Source: Podarcis pityusensis
Taxonomy: Eukaryota
NCBI GenBank assembly: GCA_964106645.2
Contig: OZ067046.1
Strand: one strand, 5' to 3'
Length of the DNA: 64,000 nucleotides
Below the pieces are notes generated by a model. It was not told where the DNA came from and did not search any database. It worked only from the letters and a program-made list of their open reading frames with translations. A program made the translations under genes and the position numbers. Below are positions 37,331 to 49,553 of the stretch, in pieces (position 1 is the first letter of the stretch; every line of letters begins with the position of its first letter).

Positions 37331-38387
37331 TGTGAGTGGAAGTTAGACCGACTCACCGATTTAGGACACATTATTGTAACATAATTTCTGGATGCTCGAT
37401 CCATGAATCGGCACCAGAGTGGCCTTGTCTAGATACAGGAGAACGATGTAGCATAGTACACCAGTATTGCTGCAATCTTTGTAGGTATTTCGGAGGAGAG
37501 CCTCAGTAAATGCAGAGCCGTGTTCGATTTTAAAGATGTGCCTGTGCGCACAGCTGTATTGATACAGATGCAATATACACGAAGTCTGCAGCTGCACAGC
37601 GTGTACTGTCAGTGCAAGAGGTATTTTATACCTGTTACATATAACGAATGCATCTAGGTGTAACGCTCAATTCGAATTAATTTAGGGCAATCCTGAATCA
37701 CAGTCCCATACTTCTTGTAGTGTGAGGGGGGAAAGCTTTCCGTGACATCACTGAAGGACTTCCGTGTGCGTAAGAAGGTGGCCTTCAGATTTGCTGTATT
37801 AATCTCGTATTGGTGCACACTTTTAAAAGGAAGCACTTGGATTGAAGTCGATATACATTCTAAAACTTAACTCCTGGGATATAAGTGGCAACGTTTTTAA
37901 TAGCGCTGAAGGACACAGCCTGACTTTTCAGTCCGAAGCACGGTTACTTTTCAATTTATGGCCTTGGGTTTTCCTATTTATCTGGTGCGTGTGTGTTTCA
38001 TTCGGATCCTAAGCGCGTTTATTTCAGCGCAAACCTCATTGCTTCCAAAGAAACTACTTCCGTAGCCTTTATTAGTATTACAGTTTTAGGAGAGCAGCTT
38101 TTGGATTGGGCTTGTTCACCCCTCGATCTTTAAATAAAATCTATGGAAGTAGATACCCTGCGTTCCGATTAGGCCGACTGGCTTCAAAACAAGTGCGCTT
38201 AGAACCGCATGTTTCTCCGCCGGTTCGCAACGACCCATTCCCCCCCCCCCCCCACGGCTACTTCGGCTCAACCGCCTTGGGAAGAGCGCCGACTGCGGGC
38301 CGCGGAGCGCTTGGGCTGATCCCCTTCTCCCTCCGCCCGCCCTTTTTCTCCCCGCCCCCCGAATCCCAATCCGCGCCAGCCTGTTGA

Positions 38388-38711
<324 letters not shown>

Positions 38712-39806
38712 TGAGTAGCTTGGCTGGCGCAGGGAAGGCGCCGCTTTCGATTTGGCCTCCTTTTTGAGGCGGGCTTTGGCCCCGGCGCAGCGCCTCTCTG
38801 CTTCCCTCTCAGGCCGAGGCAGGCTGCCATCTTCTCCGAATATGATGGATGGCTGCGCGGCGTGTTCTGAACTGGATGTGTACTTTATGGGAAGCGTCGC
38901 CAAGAAAGCTTCCCGGGGCAGGCTCCGACGTGTGCGCAGCAGCCCGAGATGCGCAACACACGAGGCCTCTGACTCCATCGAAGGCACCCAAAACTTGCCC
39001 TTCCTTGCATTCTTCCTTCCCTCTCCCCACCCCTCGCTCGCCCCAAGCACCCTCAGGTTTCACAACAACGGTGGCTTTCTCCCCACCCACGCCACCCCTT
39101 TCTTGCCAAGATTGATGGATCGATCAGAGTGCTAAAACGCAGCAGAATCGTGCACTCCCGTCTCCGGGAAATCAAAGTGGGGGGAAACCCAGATCACAGC
39201 CCCAAGTCTGTATATATGGAAGAAAGTCCCGTGAAAAGAGAGGCAGTGCGGGTGTCCTCATACAAGCTTCCCTCTGTAGGGATAGTAAGTTGCAACTCTG
39301 TGGGCCTTTAAAACCTTTCGAGTTTGGTATATCCCCCTCCTAGCCGGCTTGCAAAGAGCTTTAGAACTGCAATTGGTGGCTAAATTACTTTAGAGTAATC
39401 CCGTTAGGATTGCTATAAGGTCAGGAGATTTGAGGAGATTAAAGAAAGTCCCAGCGCAATCCATGAAACTAGGAGCGGGGATGTTCAGCGTGTTGCTTAC
39501 TCTCTTTAAAAAACAACAACAAATAAATACATAAAACAGAAAATAAGGCCTCCTCCTTCTCAAATGTAAACCATGTTTGTTTTGGTTAGAAGCGTGAAAG
39601 CCTTCCCAAACAAATGTTACCTGGAATAACGACATTTGTAGTCAACAAGACTTACTCCCAAGAAAGTGTGTAGGGAATCAGAGCGTTTTTAAAAAATAAA
39701 AACCGCCTGGTACCTAAGTTAATGTAGGACCCGTTCATATCTCTGTTTCTTATTCCCAAGTAAATGCCATTAGGACTTGGGTGTAAACAGCGCAAAAATA
39801 ATAATG

Positions 39807-39807
<1 letters not shown>

Positions 39808-39847
<40 letters not shown>
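39808..39847. repeat. (TA)n microsatellite; (GT)n nearby at ~40362-40394
   Basis: Read directly from the sequence. Confidence 0.97.
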
Positions 39848-39852
<5 letters not shown>

Positions 39853-40358
39853 CAATTTAAATTGGGGTTTTGAATTAGACCAATGCGAAATGCGAAATGT
39901 TGCATTCATTGGAGGAATCAGTTTTTGCTACAATGCTTTGGAAATAAACAAATCCCAGAGATTTTAATTAAAAAATATGGGAGTCTGTAGAGTTTGGGCT
40001 CAGCTGCTTAGTGGAAATAAACAAGGAGTAATTAAAAAAAATCTAAAGGGACACAGAGGAATCAGGTTGTGTTGGCTGTTGACTCAATTCAGGCTGGGTG
40101 TCTATTCAATAGCCGTGCATTTAAACGAAAATGTCTAGATTTAAGCCGATGGAGCCTCCTGCCCTATCTTTAGAGTCCTCCCCTCTCGAAAACAAAAGGA
40201 GCTTAATTTTATTGAAAGCTGCCGCACTTACTTCTAAGCAAGTAAGCGCACTCACGACTTTGTGACATTTTGGTTAGGCCTAATTAAGGTTTTTACCATA
40301 CCGTGGCTTTGAGATTTATTGATTTTTTTTTGTAATAAATCAACAAAGCTACCTACAT

Positions 40359-40395
<37 letters not shown>

Positions 40396-40839
40396 CTAAG
40401 TAACTGAGCCGGCAAAGCAGTTGGGTTTAGTGGGGTTTGCAATTCTCTACAAACCGTGGTTTTACTGGGGAAGAACTCGCAGTGGCCTGCTCCCCAGTAA
40501 GGATGCATAGGAGAGCAGTCTCCTAAGGGGGAAGAGATGCAACTAGGTCAGTTTATGTGGAAATGCGATTGTAGAAAAACTGGCTCTTTTTCTATAAGAA
40601 GCTTGCGCTTTTGTGTTTGGCGGGGGGGGGGGGGAGTGTCAGCTTGCCCTCAAGTCCCTCCTGCAAATGTGCTGGCCTGTAACGTTTTAAAAATATGACT
40701 TTGAAAACGCTGGCAGTGGAGAGGTGAACAGCTCCCCTCCCCCATTTACAGGTTTATTTTCCCCACTTCTTTGAAACCTGGAGACGGCCGTGCATGTGCT
40801 TTGGAGAATGTAGCGTGTTATGTTTGGGGGAAAGTGGTG

Positions 40840-41230
40840 GTATTCGCGGGCGCTGGGTATTGGGTTTTATTAGGCGTCTGCGAGCGAACGGTGCAGTCGA
40901 AAGGGAGATTTGCAACGTAAAACACGGGCTGTGTAAACAGAACGGGAAGAGCCCCGCGACGGTTCGAATCCACATAATAACTTTGCAGGCGGCCGACTGG
41001 CAAATCAGGCGGCGGGATGTGGATTGGAGCGAGACACACGCCTTCGCCATTGTCTGCGCGGCGGAGGCTGTTGCCCTTTAGCACATAGTGAAAAGGGCAA
41101 CTTTGCCAAACGAGCAGAGGACAAGATGGGGCGGACGTGGTTTGGCTTTACTGGCGATTAGCACATGAAAGGGACTGGTCCCTTTAACAAGCTGTTGAAG
41201 TAAAGATTTACGACGGCTTGCCCAGTTATT
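40840..41230. promoter_or_regulatory. Pitx2 asymmetric enhancer (ASE), Nodal/FoxH1-Smad responsive
   Basis: Lies in the last intron, the established ASE position. FoxH1 sites AATCCACA (40967-40974) and TGTGGATT (41018-41025); Smad-like AGAC/GTCT at ~41032 and ~41052; CpG-rich. Confidence 0.85.
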
Positions 41231-42597
41231 TTTATTTCAAAAATATTATTATTGTTCCTACGTCTTGTTTCTAGAGAGGAGATATCGATTAAAAATGCAT
41301 TCTGTTCCTCGGTTTGGGAAAGAGGGCTGAGGTTGTTAAAAGTTGGATTCTCGTGCAAACTCAGTGTTTTCTTTCTTTGTGGTAAATCGAGGGAGGGGGA
41401 AACTGAAAGGTGGAGGAGGGGGAAGGAGCCCATCCCCTTTGTTCGCGATCTCCCTGAACAACAAAATGAATGGAGTGCGAACCGAATGAAGGATTCCACC
41501 TACAAGCGAGCAGAAACCAAAGCGGCAGATAGATAATATATAGGACGTTTCCTTGGCCGGGCGTCAAATCCTGTGATGAATGACACGAGCATTTGCACTA
41601 CAAGAGATATTTTGTCATATATAGGTGGAGATATTCAAAAGCAGCTTCAGCCAGGGCCCAGTTAGGCGGTTTTCGTCCCTCTGAAAGGAATGAGGCCGGC
41701 GCTCTAAAGAGAAACAACGGGGATCTATTGCGTAGATCCAGTGCATGCGGGATCAAATATTCTCCCACAGCCACTGTAAATTGCTTTATCAGGCTGTAAA
41801 ACGTGCTAAGAACGAACGGGGGGGGGATGCTCTTAAGACCGGCTTCTGCTTCGGTTTCTGGTGCCCCAGCCTTAACAGATTTACTCGGGAGTTAGTATCG
41901 CCGATTTAAGAGGGACCCAAGCAAGAATGTAGACCTAAGGATCCTGCGCACGTTTTCTGGGCGCAAGTCCCTCTGAGGGGCTCTGGGTTCCAGCCGTAGA
42001 CCCCGATGCGATGCACGTTGACCGGAAAGTAAGTGGAACCGAGGGCCAATAGAGATGATTCCCAAGTCAATAAACTTGGACTGGCAGCCACAAGGTCGGC
42101 CCCTACACTGTACGTGTTTTCTGGGAACTGGGAAGCAATTCCCAATGACTTCCAACTAATCTCTGTACAGAAGAATCCATAGGATCGTAAACGAGGCTCC
42201 AATGATTTGCAGTGGCAGCATCAGGAAGGGGGAAAAACATGGGGCGGGGCAGGTTGAGACATAAGTGCATTTTGTGGGTGCTTCCTCCCCCATGTTAGAT
42301 TTATGGAAGATAAACATAGGCATCTTCTGCAGGCTCCCATCCTCAACGTATTTTCTCTGCCCGAATTGTGTCTGATGGCGTTATTACTTTTCAAGGCAGC
42401 AGGCTTAGAGGTTTTGCAGCTTTGTTTCAAAACCGTCCCGTTTATGGTTCAGTGCGAGTTTGTACGTGGAAAGTGTTTCAGTAGTGTGTGTTTGGGGGGC
42501 GGGGAGGGGTTAAGAGCCAACTGTGCGTGGTGGAAGGCCGCTGTGAGAACAGGACGTTAGGCTAGGTCTCATCCAGCAGGCTCTTCTTGGGTTCTAG

Positions 42598-43386
<789 letters not shown>

Positions 43387-44330
43387 GAGAGAGACAGGAA
43401 GGCCTGCCGCCTTTCGTCCCTTGTTTTGTTGTTGTTGTGGTTGCGTTCAGAAAACAAACAACTCCCCCCCACCCATTTAAAAAAACAAAACCCAGAGACA
43501 CAGGAACAAGCAGGCGCACAATTCTGAATGGACGAGGGAGGAGGCCTCGTTTCCGCAATCAAAGGACTTGAATGTTCGAATCCAAAGTAAATGGGCACTA
43601 ATGGAACGCGAGATGGAAACAGCGGAGTGACTTCGGAATTGAGACAAAATGTAAACCAGAAAGAGAAGGGTTGGGGAGAGGCACAAGAGATACCACTGAA
43701 ACTAGCGAGTCCCTTTGTTTTCAAAGGATATTCTCCTGCTACCTTTCACTGAAGAAGAAAAAAGTATTTCCAACATCTACAAGGACATATATTATAAATA
43801 TATATAAAATACGGACAAACGTTTGAATCGCTATACTATGACATTTTAATGTTCCTATAAGCTTGTTATTTTTTATGTTTAGCATTGTTAACATTAAAAT
43901 AAAAAAATGACGGGAAAGGATGTATATATATATCGAAATGTCAAATTAATTTTATAAAAGCAGTTCTTAGTAAATATCCACAGTGTTTTTAAAAGTTAGG
44001 CTTTAAAATAAAGCATGTTACACAAGACATTAGGGATTTCTTTTCTTTTTCTTTTTTTCCGCTTGCGAGCAAGGGAATGTATATACTAAATGCGAGACTG
44101 TATGTTTCTAACATATTATTAATTATTATTATTAAAAAAGAAGAAGAAGAAGTCCCATTGTGTGAATATCGGTTTTAGAATAGTACCTCTGGTGGATGCA
44201 ATGGCGACGCTGAAACTGCAATGTAAACATACCCTGTGTATAACATTTCGTATAATAGTGTTTTCCTTTTCTGACAACATTGGAAAAAATGTGTTTTCTT
44301 TCATGGGAGTAAAATATACTGCATACAGTT
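43387..44330 (+). other. PITX2: PITX2 3'UTR with conserved AU-rich blocks, miR-21 and miR-141/200a seed sites and several poly(A) signals
   Basis: TATATCGAAATGTCAAATTAATTTTATAAAAGCAG and CATGGGAGTAAAATATACTGCATAC resemble the recalled human 3'UTR. Signals: AATAAA 43898 and 44007, ATTAAA 44131, AGTAAA 44308. Confidence 0.85.
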
Positions 44331-45866
44331 TGGTCTGGATTTTTTTTTTAATCCGTTCAAGCGCATAGAGGGATATCCCCACATATTGTCCGGCTGCTGA
44401 TCTCCAGTCTCCCTTCTGGTGTGTGCGGAGGAAACCTTCCTGCTCACCTCGCTCGTATACAACCACAAAAGTCCATTGTTACTAGCAAATACTTCTTCTA
44501 CGCCTTTCATTTTTAGTCTTGTCGCTGCAGACCTATGTATGTCTACTCAGACGGAAGCCCAGCTGAGTTAAATGGAGCTGTGCGCAGGATTGCAGCCCAA
44601 ATATGTCGATGGTGGTGTAAAAGAAGGTAGGAAGGGGGTGGGGAGTTCAATCTCTACAAGGGTCGTCCCCATAAGGTGATCGTTCTCCCAAGGAGCTGGG
44701 TTCTGCTGTTATTGCCCTAACCTAACTGATCACGAACGCGATCCACCACTGTTCAGAGTCCTGTTGACTTAAGGACATACGTAGGTGGCTGCCGAATACT
44801 GAGACAGACCATTGCTCTACCTCCCTCAGCAGCGCCAGTTCTGGCCGGCAACTGCTCTTCAGAGCTTCTCCTGGAGAGTTCTAAACGACGCTCTTAAATC
44901 CAAGTGAAATCACTGGGACTTAAACTTTGTTTAACTTTGCCTTATTTGTGCCGAATAATAACAAGTGAATCAATAAAACGGCCAGGTTATCTTCTTATCT
45001 GTCTCTCCATTGTCTGCTCCTACCGCTCTCTCTCTCTCATCTGTTCCTTTCTGAGGGTTAAAAAAAACCAAACCAACAGAAATTCTTTCCTTAAACCTGT
45101 ACGGATCACCCCCCCCCCTTTCCAGCAGAAACCGGGAAACCAGAGCCTGCTGTGTCTAAAAGCGCCGCCGCGCCTCGCGTCGAGCTCAGCCACAAGAATC
45201 CGGGAGAGGGTCGCTGGTTCTGGAGCACCTCCTTTCAGAAGGCTTGTCCTGCAATCTGTAGCCGAGGGGGAAAGGTCGCGCTCTTTGTGTTGGGCGCGTA
45301 GAGATATTGACCCATTCATTCTCAAACTGCTTGTTCGCCAAACGATACGGGATTATAGTTTTGCAAGTCTGCGGGTGGGGGGTAAGCAAATCAAGATGAA
45401 TTACGGCGCGCGCCCGGAGCGGGCAGCAGCAGTAGAGAAGGGAGAGGAGAGATGGTTTAAAAAGAGTGGAAAGGGTTCCTTAGGTGCGCATCGTAGGAGT
45501 TAAGCTACTGGCCACCCTCTTCCCTCTCCCACTCGTTCCCCAAGTCTCTGTCTCTCTTCCTCTCCCCCCCCCCCCCGCTGTAACCTTACCAATAGGTAGA
45601 ACACACAAATGCGCCTTTGTGTTCCCGGTTTCAAAACATAGATACCAGATAATGCGTTTAATTTATGGTTGCCAGGAGCTGCACATTAACTTTCCTCCCC
45701 TCTTTCCGTCCCTTCCCCTTTTCTCCTTTTGGGGGGCAGAGGGCGTTACACTAGATCCCTCAAGACTACAAAAGGCCCCCACCCCATGGAGACTGCAAAG
45801 AAGACAGAGGGAAGGGAAGGGCGAAGAGGACTCGGAAGAGCCTGTGCACCTGAATTGCGCACTTAG

Positions 45867-46180
45867 AGAATCATAGAACGTAGAACTGGAAGGGACTCCA
45901 AGGGTCATCTAGTCTAACCCTCTGCAATGCAGGAATCTCAACTAAAGCATCCAAGGCGACTCCAAACATATATTTATTTTGCCTTATTCATTCAAACCGC
46001 ACCTTCTTCCCAAGCAGCTCAAGGTGGGGTTCCTGGTTCTCCCTCACCTCCATTTCATCCTCACAAAGACCCTATGAGGTAGGTTAGGGTGAGAGGGAGT
46101 GACTGGCCCCAGGTCACCCTGTGATCTTCATGGCAGCGTGGGGACAAGATTCATGCACTCTTTCCACTGCACCACCAGGC
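45867..46180 (-). mobile_element. CR1 tail (45867-45952) adjacent to a MIR-like SINE (45970-46180)
   Basis: AGAATCATAGAACGTAGAACTGGAAGGGACTCCAAGGGTCATCTAGTCTAACCC; ATCCTCACAAAGACCCTATGAGGTAGGTTAGG...CCCAGGTCACCC. Confidence 0.75.
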
Positions 46181-47534
46181 TGGTTGACTTGGAAGTTCAG
46201 TTCCGCTGAAACCCAGCAGAAGTAGAGGGTGGTAACCAACTAAGTTTTTCTCAGAGTAGACCCATGGCTAAATTAGGCATATTCATTTCGATGGGTTTAA
46301 TCCGAGTAAGATTTAGCTGGAGACCACCCAAATTATCTGCCGTCCTCTAAACCACACTGGGATCTTAGCAATCTTTTTCATGTCCCCCCCCCCAAAAAAA
46401 GGGGGCGGGGAAGGGAATGGATTCGTCTCAGTCTCCTTACTTCTTGGGAATGGGTAGTTAGAGAGAGAAGCCCGCGGAGTCCCTCAAAATAAGGAATTTC
46501 CTGCAAGGCCCAAGGAACCCCTGTTCCCTCCTTTGCGAGGGCCGAAGGGCCTTTCGAACATGCCGAGGTCCTTGACCCAAGGCCAGGTTTTTCAATCGAT
46601 CGTCCTTCTCCTCGGGTCAACACTTCCGACCGGAGCGTGAGAGGAGCCTGGCGGCATTTCTCCGTGTGTGTCTGTGCGTGCTTGTGCGCCTTTGTGTTTA
46701 AACGCATGGTAATTATTAAGCCAATTGTTCTCAACGACTACCAGCTTGCATTTGATAACAGACGGAGATCTCGCCAATTGATTCCGTCCATGCATTCAAA
46801 AATATTTTCGTGACCACAGACTTCGTATCTCATTTCCGGGCGGGCCGATTGACGATGAAAATCGGGTCATCTCTGGAGAGCTACGAACGGAACTACTCGG
46901 AAGTAAGTTCCTTTTAATTGCTTCTGCTTTGGGAGGGGGGGGGAGGAAAGAAGGGGACGACCATACCGAGGAGCCTCTGCATACGTTTACTTCGAAGTAA
47001 GCCCCATTGAATCCCCAGGTAAGCTCCCTGCCTCCAGGGAGTTACTGGAATTTTCTGTCTCCCCCCTCACTTTCGCCCCCCCCCCCACTGTTAGGCAGAA
47101 AGGGAAAATGTCCTCGCTCTCCACAACACCCTTTAGTTATTTCCCACCAAAAAAACACATCACGCATCAAGCTACATCTCCCCTCCCAGGAGCCTCTGGC
47201 GCTCCTCAGTTCAGCCAGAAATCGGGGGAGAAAGTACCCCTTGCCTATCCCAGAAAACCCCTGAATTAAATCCCTCCCCGAGAGGGAGTGGAATTTCTTC
47301 TCTTCCTTCTGCCCCGTCTAATAAGATAAAAGCCCGAGGGAAAGCGGGGAGGGAGCTCATTTTTTCCTGAGAAAGGAAAATAATAATAATGAGATTATAT
47401 TTGGAGTAGGCAGTAAATCACAGGGGGGCCTTGGACGTCCGGGGGTTGTGTTTCTGACGTATCAAAGCAAAAGAAACACACAAAAAACACGGTATCGCGG
47501 CCCTCCTTGGAAGGTAAGACCGCGAAACGACGTG

Positions 47535-47537
<3 letters not shown>

Positions 47538-47573
<36 letters not shown>

Positions 47574-47609
47574 CGCGCGTGTGTGTGACACAGAGAGAGA
47601 GAGAGAGAG
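47538..47609. repeat. (TG)n(CG)n(TG)n alternating purine-pyrimidine tract followed by (AG)n
   Basis: Read directly from the sequence. Confidence 0.97.
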
Positions 47610-49485
47610 AATACGCAAGGCCAGAGAAGAAAGCTGGCTCAAAAGAAGAAAACATCGCTTTCCCAAGTTGCAGGTCTTAAAGCCCCAAAGCCATAAATTA
47701 ACCGGCTGGACTTGTGGCATCTCTCTCTCTCTCTCTTGAGGACTCTATTAGAAATGCCGGCGAGAGATTCGAGCGGCTGACCCCAAAGGCGGGTGCGAGC
47801 AAACAGGGCTGTCTGGCTAGGAATCCACATCGCAATCCACAAAAAAAGAAGCCCGACTCCTTTCCCCGCCCTTCCCGTCGAGGGGCGTCTCTTTCCGCGC
47901 TGCTCCCCTCTCGGCCCCCCCCCCCGCCTGGTTTCCCTGTAAAGTAGGCAGGCAGCGTTTGAAGGGAGATCTTGGCACGCCCCACCCTCCCCGCGTGCGT
48001 GTGTGGATGGACAGAAGTGGGCCTGTAAGAAGAGCGGATGTTTTGAAAGTTTTATGAATATAGACGGGCTATTGATTGCCTTCAGGAGCTCGGCTTGGCT
48101 GAACCCAGCACGTTTCGTCGGGGAAGGAATTAAAAGCTGGAAGGAGAAAAAAGCCAAGAGACTTGGGCGGCTTCTTGATGTTTCTGCAGCGGCAAACGGC
48201 GAGCGGCTGCCTATTCCTCCATCTTCCCGGGCATTCGCCTGCTCCTGAGGACGGAAAGAAAGAAAGATCGCCTCCTCTCCTTCTAGGATTACTGGATCAA
48301 TAAACTAAGATCGCTATATTTAAAGCTTGTATGTACACACACTTGGGGGGTGTTAGCTTCGTTGAACACGGGGGGGGGGGGCTTATCTCCGAGGAAACGC
48401 GCTTAGGATCGGGGCACACTTCAGGCATCCAAAGGCACGAAGAGAATTCAGTTTTGGGTCTCTCTTTGTCCCTCGCCTGTAAAACTGTTAGGATTACGTT
48501 CCTGGAAATACACTTCCCAATTTAGCGGTGTTATTGTTTGCTGTTGTTTTACAGCTTCGGTTCTTCGGCATTTTAACAGTCTGCACTTAAAGGAAGGTAA
48601 AACGTCAAAGTGAGCTTGAAGAGCTAACAGATAATAAAGGGAAGAAAAACCAGAGGAACAGAATCCGCGAATGCCAGGGAATTTATTTCGGGAAGGACAA
48701 AACGTACTTGCAAGGATTAGGGGAGGGACGAGGAGAACTTTTCATTGGGTTGTTAAATGGATTAAAAATGTAAATTGTGCATTGCATTCCCACTAGCACG
48801 ATATACACACCCACCCGCTGGGGGTTTCACCAGGGCAACAACTTTAACTATATTTTATCCAGCTCTATCTACAAGACTTCCAAACTTTGGACACGGGAAA
48901 TGAAGTACGTATATAATCTCTGAATTGTTCCCAAATTGTGTTATTTCATTGACGGTCAATGAATATCGCTGAAGAAGTGTGTGCGGTTTTTGTGAGTGTT
49001 TTATTACCTTTTCACGCCAGCTTTAACGGTGCATGACACACACAATGACTACACACAGACATACAGGATGCATACCTGAGTATCTCTCGAAATACAATTC
49101 TTATCAGCAGAACCCTCCCACCCCAATTTGAAATATATGTCCGGAGAAATATGTGTCCAATCTTTAATCCAATTTCTATTCACAACTGTGCAAGCTGACT
49201 TTAAAGGTGCATTTAATGCAGTGATAGTTAAATATTTTAAGGGCATATGATTTGGCTTGCTAAATGCCTCGTTTGATACGCAGACTAGACAGATGTAGCT
49301 CTCAATAGTCGTCCCAGGTAGGCCGAGACAGTTAATCTTCCACGAACCAGGAAAGATTTACGCTTTTCAAGATCCGTACGAAGACTCGGCTAATTAGATT
49401 GCTGAACCTCCTCACCCTCCCACAGGGTGAGCAAGAACACTAACAGAACACACACGCACCATTCCTGTCCCAACCAATCAGTCTC

Positions 49486-49488
<3 letters not shown>

Positions 49489-49549
<61 letters not shown>

Positions 49550-49553
49550 GAGA
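49489..49553. repeat. (AC)n/(AG)n microsatellite; (GT)n also at 56322-56347
   Basis: Read directly from the sequence. Confidence 0.95.

Noticed and set aside
39390-39420. Idea that MITE ends (GCAATCC) mutate into PITX sites (TAATCC), e.g. ~39395, ~48490, ~58389
   Set aside because: Only a few copies show the change, which is compatible with neutral decay; enrichment cannot be shown without counting.
44904-45503. 199-aa + strand ORF downstream of PITX2
   Set aside because: Non-ATG start, no homology recognised, composition typical of non-coding regulatory DNA.
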